64,000 bases of DNA from an uncultured delta proteobacterium (GCA_963845145.1 CAWJQU010000005.1:1120001-1184000), one strand, 5' to 3'. Positions 1 through 10,183 are shown, counted from the first letter of the stretch. Numbers and translations are program-made. Notes: generated by a model not told the origin, from the sequence alone.

Positions 1-1683
1 GTCAACACCGACGCGGCCAACCATTCGGCCCATCGGCTGCTGGCCGATGTTTATGCCAAGTTGCCCCGACATGAGGAGGCCCGTCTCAGCGAACTGTTTC
101 AATCCCAGCTCCTCCAGCCGGTTCAAATCAACCCGTTACATCCCCAATTAAACCAAAGCAATCTATCCGTACTGGAAGGAACGGGTGCGTCGAGCACCAC
201 TTTCAATGAATTCAATCCGCTGTTTAATCGCAATCGGCTGAGCCTTCAAGCCAGTGGAATAACGGGCTCTAATAATACCCGGGGCGATGAAATTACCCAG
301 TCCGGCGTTTGGGGACGATGGTCTTACAGCCTCGGACAATACCACTACGAGACCGAAGGGTTCCGCGAAAACAACGATCAGGAGCAGGATTTTTACAATG
401 CCTTTGCCAAGATCGGTTTGACACCCGACACCTCCCTTCAGGCCGAATACCGCCATACGGATAATGAACGTGGTGACTTGGAACTCACCTTTACCGATGA
501 CTTCGATCCCAATCAGCGGCAAACCGATGAAATCGACACGCTTCGACTGGGTCTTCACCACCGCTTTAGACCGGGTTCCGAGCTGATCGCCGCTTTTACG
601 TCGCAGAATATCGAAAGCGATACGTCCATCCCCGGTCGGTTCGATGTCGGTCTCGATCAGGATATCGCTTTAGGAGAAATTCGCCACCTGTTTCGCTCCA
701 AACGGTTTCAGCTCGATACCGGCGGTGGGTACCGCCGCGTCGATGAAAGTATCACGAGTACATTTTCTCCCCCAACTGATGAAAATTTTCACGTTTCCAA
801 TGCTTATGTTTATGCCCGTTTCGATCCTTTTAAACAGCTGAATGTGACGCTCGGGGCAAGTGCCGTTGAACTCGAAGGGGCGTACGATAGCTTTGGTACC
901 AAAGACTTCGAACAATTCAATCCGAAATTCGGACTGATCTGGACGCCATTTTCCGGAACCACGCTACGCGGCGCCGCATTTCGGACAATCACCAAGGTCG
1001 TGGGATCCAGAAAGGACATCAATCCCACTCTCGAACCCACCCAGGTAGCCGGTTTCAACCAATTTTTTTCCGGACCCATCGGGGAGGATACATGGCGCTA
1101 TGGGCTGGCCGCGGATCAGCAAATATTCACCCACCTTTTCGCGGGCGTAGAGTGGACCGCCCGGAACTTGAATGTGCCATTGGTTCAGGCTGATCCCTCG
1201 GGCTTTAGCGTACAAATTGAAGACTTTGAAGAGAAGCAGGGCCGCGGTTATCTTTATTGGACGCCGTCTGATCGCTTGGTCTTGAACGGCGAATATCTTT
1301 ACGAACGCTTTGATCGTGAAGATGAAACCGGGAGGTTAACCGGTCCGCAGCAATTTACGAAATTACGCACCCATCGTATTCCTTTAAGTATCCGTTATTT
1401 TCATCCCCTCGGAATGAGCGCCACCTTTACCGCCACCCATATCAAGCAGGATGGCCGGTTTGTCACTTTCGGCCCCACGGGGCCGGCGGTTGAGCCCGGT
1501 GATGATCGCTTTTGGGTACTGGACACATCGTTTTCCTACCGGCTGCCCAAGCGCTACGGTATCATCACTCTGGAAGCCAAAAATCTCCTGGACAAATCCT
1601 TCAGCTTTCAGGACACCGATCCGGAAAACCCACGGGTACTCCCGGATCGTCAGGTGATATTGAAACTTACCTGTGCGTTCTAA
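1..1683 (+). CDS. TPR-containing TonB-dependent receptor-like outer-membrane beta-barrel protein (5'-truncated by window edge)
   Basis: Frame open from base 1 (VNTDAANHSAHRLLADVY..., TPR-like helix). Alternating beta-strand pattern, 'FNPKFGLIW', 'LEAKNLLDK' and a C-terminal Phe, as in OM barrels. Confidence 0.7.
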   Translation, partial: VNTDAANHSAHRLLADVYAKLPRHEEARLSELFQSQLLQPVQINPLHPQLNQSNLSVLEGTGASSTTFNEFNPLFNRNRLSLQASGITGSNNTRGDEITQSGVWGRWSYSLGQYHYETEGFRENNDQEQDFYNAFAKIGLTPDTSLQAEYRHTDNERGDLELTFTDDFDPNQRQTDEIDTLRLGLHHRFRPGSELIAAFTSQNIESDTSIPGRFDVGLDQDIALGEIRHLFRSKRFQLDTGGGYRRVDESITSTFSPPTDENFHVSNAYVYARFDPFKQLNVTLGASAVELEGAYDSFGTKDFEQFNPKFGLIWTPFSGTTLRGAAFRTITKVVGSRKDINPTLEPTQVAGFNQFFSGPIGEDTWRYGLAADQQIFTHLFAGVEWTARNLNVPLVQADPSGFSVQIEDFEEKQGRGYLYWTPSDRLVLNGEYLYERFDREDETGRLTGPQQFTKLRTHRIPLSIRYFHPLGMSATFTATHIKQDGRFVTFGPTGPAVEPGDDRFWVLDTSFSYRLPKRYGIITLEAKNLLDKSFSFQDTDPENPRVLPDRQVILKLTCAF

Positions 1684-1792
1684 TTTCAAAGTAGGGAGGT
1701 GGTTCCCATGGATTAAGAGAAGCGTGCTAGGCCGGTAAATCCCGATACAGAGACTTAGACAGCTAAATGAACTGACTTAAAACGGAGGCTGA

Positions 1793-2053
1793 ATGGGTAC
1801 GAGTCACTACATCAATATCAGAATTGAGAAAACCACGGGTGAATGGGATGTTTCTTTTACCGACATAAACGGACAACCGGTAACAAACCCACCGCAAATT
1901 CAAAATATTACGGCGGACGAGGCCAGTAAAGCCCTTCTAATCGACAAAAAAATAATACACCTTGATCGTGCGCTTTGGTTTACCCATTTACCCGATGGCG
2001 CTACGTCGTTACAGGGCTGAGTATGGATTGACAGCAGGTGGATCTGAGATTAG
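1793..2053 (+). CDS. Small hypothetical protein, probably a two-selenocysteine protein (86 aa if both TGA are recoded, 75 aa otherwise)
   Basis: GGAGG RBS before the ATG at 1793. TGA 2018-2020, then VWIDSRWI, TGA 2045-2047, GAT, TAG 2051-2053. Hairpin gaaggc-agttg-gccttc at 2059-2075. Confidence 0.6.
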
Positions 2054-2058
2054 CCTGT

Positions 2059-2075
2059 GAAGGCAGTTGGCCTTC
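2059..2075 (+). promoter_or_regulatory. Candidate bacterial SECIS hairpin
   Basis: 6-bp stem with AGUUG loop (G at position 2 followed by U), starting 11 nt after TGA 2045-2047. Confidence 0.5.
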
Positions 2076-2174
2076 GATAGTGAAATTACCGTCACCAAGC
2101 AGAACCAGGGGGATGCGCCTTGCTTCTTCGGTATAATAGTAAATAAATCAGCGCAAAACGGCGCGTCCTTAAAT

Positions 2175-2230
2175 GAGACCTTTGAAATCTAACGCCGACA
2201 TCGGGGCTTTCAAAGGTCTCTTACTTATTT
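2175..2230 (+). terminator. Intrinsic terminator-like inverted repeat
   Basis: Perfect 13-bp stem gagacctttgaaa (2175-2187)/tttcaaaggtctc (2208-2220) followed by a T-rich tract. Confidence 0.55.
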
Positions 2231-2264
2231 TATGTAAGGGGCGGGTAAATGGCTCGTTTTTTTT

Positions 2265-4121
2265 ATGAGTGAGATCGGACAGATACTTCACGTCAACCTG
2301 ACAACACGAACATCTATTCAAAAATCACTCCCCGTTGAAACCCTCGACCGGTGTGTGGGCGGTCGGGGGCTTAATGTGTGGTACCTGTTCAACCATCTAC
2401 CCGCCGGCACCGATCCCATGTCTGAAGACAATATCCTGTTGCTATCCTGCGGGTTGTTGACCGGCACTGCCGCGCCGACTGCGTCCCGGTTGCACATCAA
2501 CGCCCTGTCGCCGTTGACCGGCATTTTGGGGAGCTCCAATGTGGGCGGATATGTCGGGGCCTGGCTGCGATCCTGCGGCTTTATAAGTATTGTCATTCGC
2601 GCCAAAGCATCTCGTCCCGTCTACCTGTATCTTTCCGATAATATATGCGAAATACGCGACGCCGGGTTTTTATGGGGCCTGGATGCCTTTGAAACGCAGA
2701 CATGCATTCGAGCGACCCTAAACGATGATCGTCTTAAAATCCTGACCATCGGTCCCGGCGGCGAAAACGGGGCCCGCTTCGCCTGTATTATCAGCGGTAA
2801 AGATCATGCGGCCGGCCGAACCGGTCTGGGTGCCGTGATGGGTGCCAAAAATTTAAAGGCGATTGTTATTGCGAAAGGGCGCCAAAAACCGTTTGCCGCC
2901 TCATCCACTGCAGCCGCAAATGCCGTTAAACAATATGCGTTAAAAGTAAAACAATCCGGTGATTATAAAATTTTTTCAAAATACGGTAGCGCCGGATACG
3001 TCAAATGGGCCCACGATATGGGCATTATGGGGACGAAAAACTATCGCGGCACTCATTTTGACCCCATAGACAAGGTGGATGGGAACCTGCTGGGGGAAAA
3101 CATTGTTCGTTCCAGCGGATGCTTTCGCTGTCCGGTGCAATGTAAAGCCGACCTCGAGTTTAAAAAGGGTACACCTGATGCGTGGCAAGCCACGCGCCCC
3201 GAATTTGAACCGATGATTAATTTAGGCGCCAAGTGCGGCTTGAGCGATCTGGAAACCATTGTGCACTTGGATAACCTTTGTTCCCGCCTGGGTCTTGATT
3301 CCACGTCCACCGCTTCGACCATCGCTTTTGCCATGGATCTGTTCGAGCAAGGCATTTTATACCGCCGGGAGATCGGCGGATTGGACCTGTCCTGGGGTAA
3401 CGGCCGGGCCATGGAGACACTGATCCGCCAAATCGCCGCGTGTGAGGGATTTGGGAATGTCCTTGCCCAAGGGGTTCGCCAAGCGGCAACGATAATCGGC
3501 AAAGGCGCCGAACAATATGCGGCCCATGCCAAAGGACTGGAATTGACCGCGTATCATCCCAGTGCCATCCTCGGGACGGCTCTGGGATATGCCATATCGA
3601 GCCGGGGCGGGGATTACAATAACATCTATGCCTGTATCGAATACGGATGGTCACCGGACAAAGCGATGCAAACGTTCGGCTCACCCGATGCGGTGGATAT
3701 CAAAAAATCGGGTGGCAAGGGGCATCTGGTAAAGCGGTCGGTATTGGTCAACATTATCATCGACAGTCTGGGGCTTTGCAAAGTCCCGGCCCTCTCCCTG
3801 CTCGGGGCTTTCGACTTGATAGAAGAGGCCCGGCTTGCAACCGCCGTAACCGGGCGATCGTTTGGTGCCCAGGATCTCTTTACCGCCGGTGAGCGTATTG
3901 CGGCCTTAGAGCGTCTGTTTAACTTGCGGCACGCCCCCGGGAAATGCACGGACGAACTCCCCGCGATGTTTTTTGACAACAAAGACATGCCACTCACAAG
4001 GGAACATTTGGGTCAAATGATCGCTGAATTTTACGTGTCAATGGGGTGGGATGAAACCGGGCGGCCGACGCGGGCCAAAATGCGGTCGTTGGGGATTGAT
4101 GGGGCCGCATTGAACACCTGA
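2265..4121 (+). CDS. aor: Tungsten-dependent aldehyde:ferredoxin oxidoreductase family protein
   Basis: 618 aa. SPLTG, 'AAGRTGLGAVMGAKNLKAI', CxxCPVxC, 'PEFE', 'DSLGLC', 'ERLFN', 'MGWD' motifs. Confidence 0.9.
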   Translation: MSEIGQILHVNLTTRTSIQKSLPVETLDRCVGGRGLNVWYLFNHLPAGTDPMSEDNILLLSCGLLTGTAAPTASRLHINALSPLTGILGSSNVGGYVGAWLRSCGFISIVIRAKASRPVYLYLSDNICEIRDAGFLWGLDAFETQTCIRATLNDDRLKILTIGPGGENGARFACIISGKDHAAGRTGLGAVMGAKNLKAIVIAKGRQKPFAASSTAAANAVKQYALKVKQSGDYKIFSKYGSAGYVKWAHDMGIMGTKNYRGTHFDPIDKVDGNLLGENIVRSSGCFRCPVQCKADLEFKKGTPDAWQATRPEFEPMINLGAKCGLSDLETIVHLDNLCSRLGLDSTSTASTIAFAMDLFEQGILYRREIGGLDLSWGNGRAMETLIRQIAACEGFGNVLAQGVRQAATIIGKGAEQYAAHAKGLELTAYHPSAILGTALGYAISSRGGDYNNIYACIEYGWSPDKAMQTFGSPDAVDIKKSGGKGHLVKRSVLVNIIIDSLGLCKVPALSLLGAFDLIEEARLATAVTGRSFGAQDLFTAGERIAALERLFNLRHAPGKCTDELPAMFFDNKDMPLTREHLGQMIAEFYVSMGWDETGRPTRAKMRSLGIDGAALNT

Positions 4122-4155
4122 TTTGGGTCCTTTGGTTGTCTATTGACGTGGGTAG

Positions 4156-5772
4156 TTATTGACGATCCGCTATTTTCAATACATCGGCAAGCATTTGTTC
4201 GGCACGGGCAATAAGGGCGTCGGCTTCATGGCGAAGTTCAAGACAAAACGCCTCGTCATGGATGCCATCAAGGTTGATCAGCACGTTTTTATAAGCGCCC
4301 CATATACCACTTTCGAGCATTTTCGCGCCGACCTGAATATCGGATTTTGAGGCAGGATTCCCGAATTGGGCGGCATCGCACATCGCATCCCAGGCCTGGT
4401 CGCCCAATCGCATTGTTTTCAAAGGTACCTGAGCGGCCTGTTTCAACCCTTCCTGCATCTTTTCCCGCCGGCTTTCTTTTTGCTCGGGCGTATTCTTCGG
4501 CATCCGCAGCCCTTCCATGAAGGTTTCAAATGCCGACGTATCCGCATCGATCATGGGGATCAATTGTTGGGTGACGGTATTTAACACCGGAATGATCCGG
4601 CGCATTTGGGCATCGCGGTCTTCAAATCGGCGGACCCCATAAGTAAGATTGGCCACCATCGCACCCAGTCCGGCCCCCATCGCTGCCGCCGTAGCTGAAA
4701 CCGATCCCCCTCCGGGAGCCGCAGTCCGGGCGGCGACCGACTCAATGAAACCTCGCAACGGCAGGCTGGCAAGGGGCTCATCGGGTGGTTCGGCGATCTT
4801 GTATTCGATAATTTTTTCGTTAGGATCGAACACCGCCACGGAATTGAGTCCCAGGCGTTCGATAACGAGGCGCACCTTCTGATCTTCATCAATGATCAAC
4901 AAATTTTCTTTTTCTATGTAGTAGTCGGCCGCCATTAAAATGGAAGCCAACGGCACCACACCCACAATTTCCGACCCAGCCAAACCAACGCTTAACGCCG
5001 CCGCCTCTTTTTTTACCTCTTCGAAGACAACATGTAAGGGTGTGACGGTATAATCATTGATGTTTACCGTCACCTGGGCCAGGTTGTACTCATCCACGAA
5101 CCAACCCATCCCCTTTACCATCTTGAGACGACCGGGTTGTTCCGGCCCGCGCCCGGCTTCACGCAGGTTTAACGCTATTCGATGGGCCTGGTTGGACGTC
5201 CCCAGGAGATTGACGTTATAAGCAATCAAAAACATGCGAGCCCCGGTAGCGGTGGCTCCCCAGGACGGCACGAAATCGGCAGGACCGAAATCGGGTTTCC
5301 ATTGGGGATCCTTCAAACGCTTGGCCAATCCCTCGTATTCTCCCCGGCGGACGTCGGGCAATTTGCGACGATAATCCGCCTTGGCGGCATGCTCGTATAA
5401 AAAGACCGGAACGCCCAGCTCTTCTCCCAAACGACGACCAAAGGTTTCGGCGATGGCCACACATTCGGCCATCGTCACATTGGCAACGGGAATAAAGGGG
5501 CAGACATCCATGGCCCCCATGCGCGGATGCTCGCCGGTATGATGGCCCATATCGATGGTTTCATGGGCAACCCTGGCCCCGTTTAGCGCCCCTTCCACCA
5601 CGGCCTCCGGATCCCCCACAAAGGTGTAAACGGTTCGGTTGGTGGATTTTCCCGGATCGACATCAAGCAATTGACATCCGGGTGTTCCGGCGATGGCATC
5701 CGCAATTTGCCGGATTACTTCCTTGTTTCTGCCGTCTGAAAAATTGGGAACGCATTCAACAATTTTTTTCAT
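4156..5772 (-). CDS. ftcd: Bifunctional glutamate formimidoyltransferase / formiminotetrahydrofolate cyclodeaminase
   Basis: N-terminal 'VECVPNFSDGR' and 'HPRMGAMDVCPFIP'. Cyclodeaminase 'APGGGSVSA' and 'IDADTSAF'. Confidence 0.95.
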   Translation of the reverse strand: MKKIVECVPNFSDGRNKEVIRQIADAIAGTPGCQLLDVDPGKSTNRTVYTFVGDPEAVVEGALNGARVAHETIDMGHHTGEHPRMGAMDVCPFIPVANVTMAECVAIAETFGRRLGEELGVPVFLYEHAAKADYRRKLPDVRRGEYEGLAKRLKDPQWKPDFGPADFVPSWGATATGARMFLIAYNVNLLGTSNQAHRIALNLREAGRGPEQPGRLKMVKGMGWFVDEYNLAQVTVNINDYTVTPLHVVFEEVKKEAAALSVGLAGSEIVGVVPLASILMAADYYIEKENLLIIDEDQKVRLVIERLGLNSVAVFDPNEKIIEYKIAEPPDEPLASLPLRGFIESVAARTAAPGGGSVSATAAAMGAGLGAMVANLTYGVRRFEDRDAQMRRIIPVLNTVTQQLIPMIDADTSAFETFMEGLRMPKNTPEQKESRREKMQEGLKQAAQVPLKTMRLGDQAWDAMCDAAQFGNPASKSDIQVGAKMLESGIWGAYKNVLINLDGIHDEAFCLELRHEADALIARAEQMLADVLKIADRQ

Positions 5773-5955
5773 GGTAAAAATTCCAGATTTTATAATTCCA
5801 AATTTATAATTTCAGGTTTTCTAATTGACCGAATATTAAAGTACAGTTATGTTGATATATCACAATTTGTTGGCTTCTTGTATAGCCGGGCGTTAAAAAT
5901 AACCACGTCCTGGTCGCCACGATATCATCGCGAAAGTAAAGGATCCGATTATTAT

Positions 5956-6594
5956 ATGGATAAAAAACAGACCGTTTACGAATCAATTAAATTTAAAATC
6001 ATTCATAATGATCTACGACCGAGTGAGGTGCTAAATGAAAAAGAGCTCATGGCGCAATATAAAATCGGTCGAACGCCGTTAAGGGAAATCCTTTTAGAGT
6101 TAAAACACGATAAGCTGGTTACCATGATCCCTCGCGTGGGCACTTTAGTGACCACCATGGACATATCGGATTTGAGGGAGATTATTGAAATTCGAAAGAA
6201 CCTTGAAGCCCTGGTTGCCCAGCTGGCCATCCGGTATATCGATGCCGACCAAATCGAACGGATCAAGAAACTGGTGATAAACGTTCGTGAACTGAAAAAA
6301 AATCGTCCGCCCGATACAGCGGAAAAATTAACCCAATACGACCTCGAATTTCACCACATCCTTTACGATGCCGCCGGCAATCAGCGGCTGAAGGAACTCC
6401 TTTTGGAACAGCAACACCTAATGGCCCGCTTTTGGTTCCAATTGGAGATTCAGGAGGAAGATTTTTTCAGCCAGATGATCAAATTAGATGATGTTATCCG
6501 CAGCCTCGAAGAACGAGATGTCACCAAATTACGGCAAGCGCTCGACGATCACATTCACCTATATATATCCAAGGTCAGGGAAGAAATACTTTAA
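5956..6594 (+). CDS. GntR family (FCD domain) transcriptional regulator
   Basis: wHTH 'IGRTPLREIL' and FCD 'DLEFHHILYDAAGN'. ATG at 5956 preferred over the upstream TTG. Confidence 0.9.
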   Translation: MDKKQTVYESIKFKIIHNDLRPSEVLNEKELMAQYKIGRTPLREILLELKHDKLVTMIPRVGTLVTTMDISDLREIIEIRKNLEALVAQLAIRYIDADQIERIKKLVINVRELKKNRPPDTAEKLTQYDLEFHHILYDAAGNQRLKELLLEQQHLMARFWFQLEIQEEDFFSQMIKLDDVIRSLEERDVTKLRQALDDHIHLYISKVREEIL

Positions 6595-6653
6595 CCCCCT
6601 GCCGGCCGGCACCACCAACCTCACTACCCGGGCAGGCTCATATTGCAGCGATT

Positions 6654-6888
6654 TTACACGTCTGGATTTGATTTGAATGCCAAGCGCCCGGCGCGAAAAG
6701 CTTCGATGAAATTCGTGCAATACGCATCACGCCCGGCCAATGCCTCGGCAGCATAAATATTGGCCATCATGCGTTTGTCCAGGGGGTTAACGATAGCCCC
6801 GTCCAGTCCTTTGGCGATCGCCATGGCCATGAATCGCGACCTTGATGGCCTTGCGACTTGCGTTGATCAGTTCACCAATGATGATCAT
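6654..6888 (-). pseudogene. Internally deleted methyltetrahydrofolate:corrinoid methyltransferase (AcsE/MeTr-like)
   Basis: MIIIGELINASRKAIKVA (family N-terminus) is joined out of frame at about 6835 to FMAMAIAKGLDGAIVNPLDKRMMANIYAAEALAGRDAYCTNFIEAFRAGRL (family C-terminus). Directly downstream of a corrinoid protein gene. Confidence 0.85.
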
Positions 6889-6916
6889 TATTTGTTTTCC
6901 CCGTGGTTCTTTTTGG

Positions 6917-7543
6917 CTATTCAGTCAATTTTTTTATCAGCTGTACCGCACCCGGTGCGTCCGTACCGTAGCCTTGCGCGCCGATTTTTTCAGCAAATGC
7001 CTGGGTCACCGGGGCCCCCCCGATGATGGTTTTCGCCGAAAGACCGGCCGCTTTGACAGCTTCGACCGTTTCCGCCATGGCGGGCATGGTGGTGGTCAAA
7101 AGCGCTGACAGGGCGATGACATGGGCGTTTTTCTCACCAGCGGCCTTCACGAATGCATCGCTACTCACATCCACCCCAAGATCTACGACCTCGTAGCCGG
7201 CCCCTTCGACCATCATGGTCACCAGGTTTTTACCAATGTCGTGCAAATCGCCTTTAACCGTGCCAATCACAACGGTGCCTTTGTTTTGGTTTTGACTGTC
7301 GGAAAGGTGGGGTTTTAAGATTTTCAGACCTGCCTTCATCGTCTGGGCAGCTTTCAACATTTCGGGGATGAAGAGATCACCGGCGCTGAATTTATCACCT
7401 ACCTCATCCATCGGTGCAATGAGACCGTCATTTAAAATTTCAGTCACCGGTGTCCCTGCGGACAGCTCGCTTTCGACCAGACCCACAACTTTATCCGATT
7501 TGAACCCGATCACCGCTTCATAAATATCCTTTACCGCCATCAT
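6917..7543 (-). CDS. Cobalamin-binding corrinoid protein (MttC/MtbC-like)
   Basis: 'GDLHDIGKNLV' DxHxxG, 'SALLTTT', 'IIGGAP', N-terminal cap 'FIPEML'. AGGAGG RBS. Confidence 0.95.
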   Translation of the reverse strand: MMAVKDIYEAVIGFKSDKVVGLVESELSAGTPVTEILNDGLIAPMDEVGDKFSAGDLFIPEMLKAAQTMKAGLKILKPHLSDSQNQNKGTVVIGTVKGDLHDIGKNLVTMMVEGAGYEVVDLGVDVSSDAFVKAAGEKNAHVIALSALLTTTMPAMAETVEAVKAAGLSAKTIIGGAPVTQAFAEKIGAQGYGTDAPGAVQLIKKLTE

Positions 7544-7797
7544 CGACCTCCTTAATTTGACCTCGTATACATTAGAAATGACATTCAGGGTGGTAATGAT
7601 CTGATAACTTGAAGATAGATATATTAATAATTATTGACATTGGTATTCTTCTAATATATCAAAATTTTCCGATGTCAAGTGCTTTTTTCCCCGGATAGGT
7701 TTGGGAAATATCATGACCGTCCTATCACCGATTAAAGGTCCACATCCTTTGCCGATCAAAAGCGAATTTTTCAATATTTTCAGGAGAAAACCAAACG

Positions 7798-9102
7798 ATG
7801 ACCAAAAAATATGATGCCATCATTATTGGCGCCGGAATTATCGGGAATTGTATTTCCTACGAATTGTCCCAAAAAGGGTATGCGTGTTTGAGCATCGATA
7901 AACTGGGCGGTTCGGGATTCGGTTCCACCGCAGGCAGTTGTGCCATTATTCGTTTGTACTATTCCTCTCCGGAAGGCGTGGCCCTGGCTCGAGAAGGGTA
8001 TTACTATTGGCTGGACTGGCAGCGATACCTTCGAGCCATCGACCCCACGGGCATGGCCTACTATAAAAATACCGGCGCCATGGTATTCAAAACGTCCATT
8101 AACAAAGGATTGGAAAAAGTTAAAAATTCTTTGAATGAACTGGGCGTGGGATACCTGGAACTCGACACCGAGGAGATAAAAAAATATCTTCCCAACCCCG
8201 ATTTGCGGGCCTACTACCCCCAGAAAACCATGCATGACGATGCCTTCGGAAAACCCACCGGCGGGCACGTGCTGGGAGCGCTATTTGTACCGGAATCGGG
8301 CTATGTCAGTGACCCCAAACAGTCCACCCATAATGTCGAAGTCGCCGCACGCGCCGTGGGTGCCGACTTTTTGTTCAATACGGAAGTCGCCGATATTCTG
8401 ACCAAAGACGGGAGAACTGCCGGTGTGGCGCTGGCCGACGGAACCGAGATTGAGGCGCCGGTAGTGGTGAATGTGGCCGGCCCTCACTCCTATATCATTA
8501 ACGAAATGGCCGGGGTTGCAGACGCCATGAATATCAAAACCCGAGCGTTACGCGTAGAAGTGGCCCATGTGCCCAGCCCCGAGGGTCTGGACTGGGAACA
8601 TACCGGCGTCATTACATCTGATGGCGATACCGGCGTGTATACGCGCCCGGAGGTCGGCAACCACTGGCTTATCGGCAGCGAAGAGCCCGAATGTGATCCA
8701 TTGGATTATGTGGACCCGGACAATTACAACCAGGACTTTACCGACCAGGTTAAGGTGCAGGCGTTACGAGAAGCCATGCGTGTGCCTGACCTGCCGATTC
8801 CCAACAGGGGCCAGGGTGTGGTGGATCTATATGATGTCAGCGATGACTGGTACCCGATCTATGATAAATCCGATTTACCGGGGTTTTATCTGGCCATTGG
8901 TACCAGCGGCAACCAGTATAAAAACGCGCCGGTGGTTGGATCGTTTATGTCCCAATTGATTGAATATTGTGAAAATGGAAATGATCATGACGTCGATCCT
9001 TTGCAATACGCAATGAAATATCTGAAAAGAACGTTGGACATCGGTTTTTTTAGTCGTAACAGGGAAATCAATCCAGATTCAAGCTTTTCGGTAATCGGGT
9101 AA
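7798..9102 (+). CDS. FAD-dependent amine oxidoreductase (sarcosine oxidase beta/DAO family)
   Basis: GAGIIG Rossmann motif, 'GSTAGSCAIIR', 'VVNVAGP', 'GTSGNQYKNAPVVG'. Confidence 0.85.
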   Translation: MTKKYDAIIIGAGIIGNCISYELSQKGYACLSIDKLGGSGFGSTAGSCAIIRLYYSSPEGVALAREGYYYWLDWQRYLRAIDPTGMAYYKNTGAMVFKTSINKGLEKVKNSLNELGVGYLELDTEEIKKYLPNPDLRAYYPQKTMHDDAFGKPTGGHVLGALFVPESGYVSDPKQSTHNVEVAARAVGADFLFNTEVADILTKDGRTAGVALADGTEIEAPVVVNVAGPHSYIINEMAGVADAMNIKTRALRVEVAHVPSPEGLDWEHTGVITSDGDTGVYTRPEVGNHWLIGSEEPECDPLDYVDPDNYNQDFTDQVKVQALREAMRVPDLPIPNRGQGVVDLYDVSDDWYPIYDKSDLPGFYLAIGTSGNQYKNAPVVGSFMSQLIEYCENGNDHDVDPLQYAMKYLKRTLDIGFFSRNREINPDSSFSVIG

Positions 9103-9205
9103 AATGAACCGAAGGGATTATTTTCATTAAGGATGATGCCATCGCCACGAACTTAATCAGTTTAAAAAAAGGTGATATAACGTTTTTCAAAGTGGGGCAT
9201 CTTGA

Positions 9206-10183
9206 ATGACTCTAGCGGGCAAGGCATTGAATAACATATATCCGCATTTTCAGCTCATTAGCGACATCATTCAGGCACCGGCTTTTATCCGGCCTTGGCT
9301 GGACCGCTTTTATGATTTGTCTGAAATCCGATTGTTAGAAGACATGGGGACCGGCTCGCTCGACATCACATCTTTTCAGACAACCTATGGATTTAGTAAA
9401 GATATGACAGATAGGTTGTTGAAAAGAAAAATCTTTATAAAAAATCAAAATGGCGATCTGACGCCGGCCGATTTCCATGCTCGCTATGACATCTGGGCCC
9501 TTTTTGAAGGTTTCAAGGATCTCCCAAAAGAGATTCGGGAGAGGCTAAACCAGTGGGAACTGGATCATTACATTCATACCCATGCGAAATATGTCAACCA
9601 GATAAAGACGACCGGCAAGCTGGACCCGGGGATTGTCACCCCTCGCTATCTACTCCTTGACGAAGCGTATGATGTTTTAAATCAGGTTGAAAATGTTTAC
9701 CTGTGGCCCTGCAATTGCCGTTCAATGCTTCAGGCGTGTACCAAACCGGTTTATACCTGCTTACGGTTTGAAAATAGTCAGGGACAAGGGTATGAAATCA
9801 GCCGGGAGAAGGCAAAGGAGATTGTCGGCCAAGCTAATAAAAAAGGGTTGATGCAATCGGGTGAACTGGCTCGCGATGCCGCCGGCAAGCTACTGGGTGC
9901 CATCTGCAATTGTTGCGAGGACTGTTGTTTTCCTCATCGCTTGGCCGATGAACTGAATGCCCAGAAATTTTGGCCCATCAGTTTTTATATTGCGGCCTGG
10001 GATGAATCGTTATGCAACCGCTGCGGTATCTGTGCGAAACGGTGCCCGTTCAAGGCATTTATCCATACGAAGCCAAAAGACAAAAAAGCACATATTGCCT
10101 TTAACGAAAGCCTTTGCAGGGGTTGTGGACTTTGCAGTGTCACCTGCCCGACAAACGCAATCGAAATGAGGAAAATCACTTAA
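9206..10183 (+). CDS. 4Fe-4S dicluster domain protein
   Basis: CNCR, ICNCCEDCC and two CxxCxxCxxxCP motifs at the C-terminus. Confidence 0.85.
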   Translation: MTLAGKALNNIYPHFQLISDIIQAPAFIRPWLDRFYDLSEIRLLEDMGTGSLDITSFQTTYGFSKDMTDRLLKRKIFIKNQNGDLTPADFHARYDIWALFEGFKDLPKEIRERLNQWELDHYIHTHAKYVNQIKTTGKLDPGIVTPRYLLLDEAYDVLNQVENVYLWPCNCRSMLQACTKPVYTCLRFENSQGQGYEISREKAKEIVGQANKKGLMQSGELARDAAGKLLGAICNCCEDCCFPHRLADELNAQKFWPISFYIAAWDESLCNRCGICAKRCPFKAFIHTKPKDKKAHIAFNESLCRGCGLCSVTCPTNAIEMRKIT

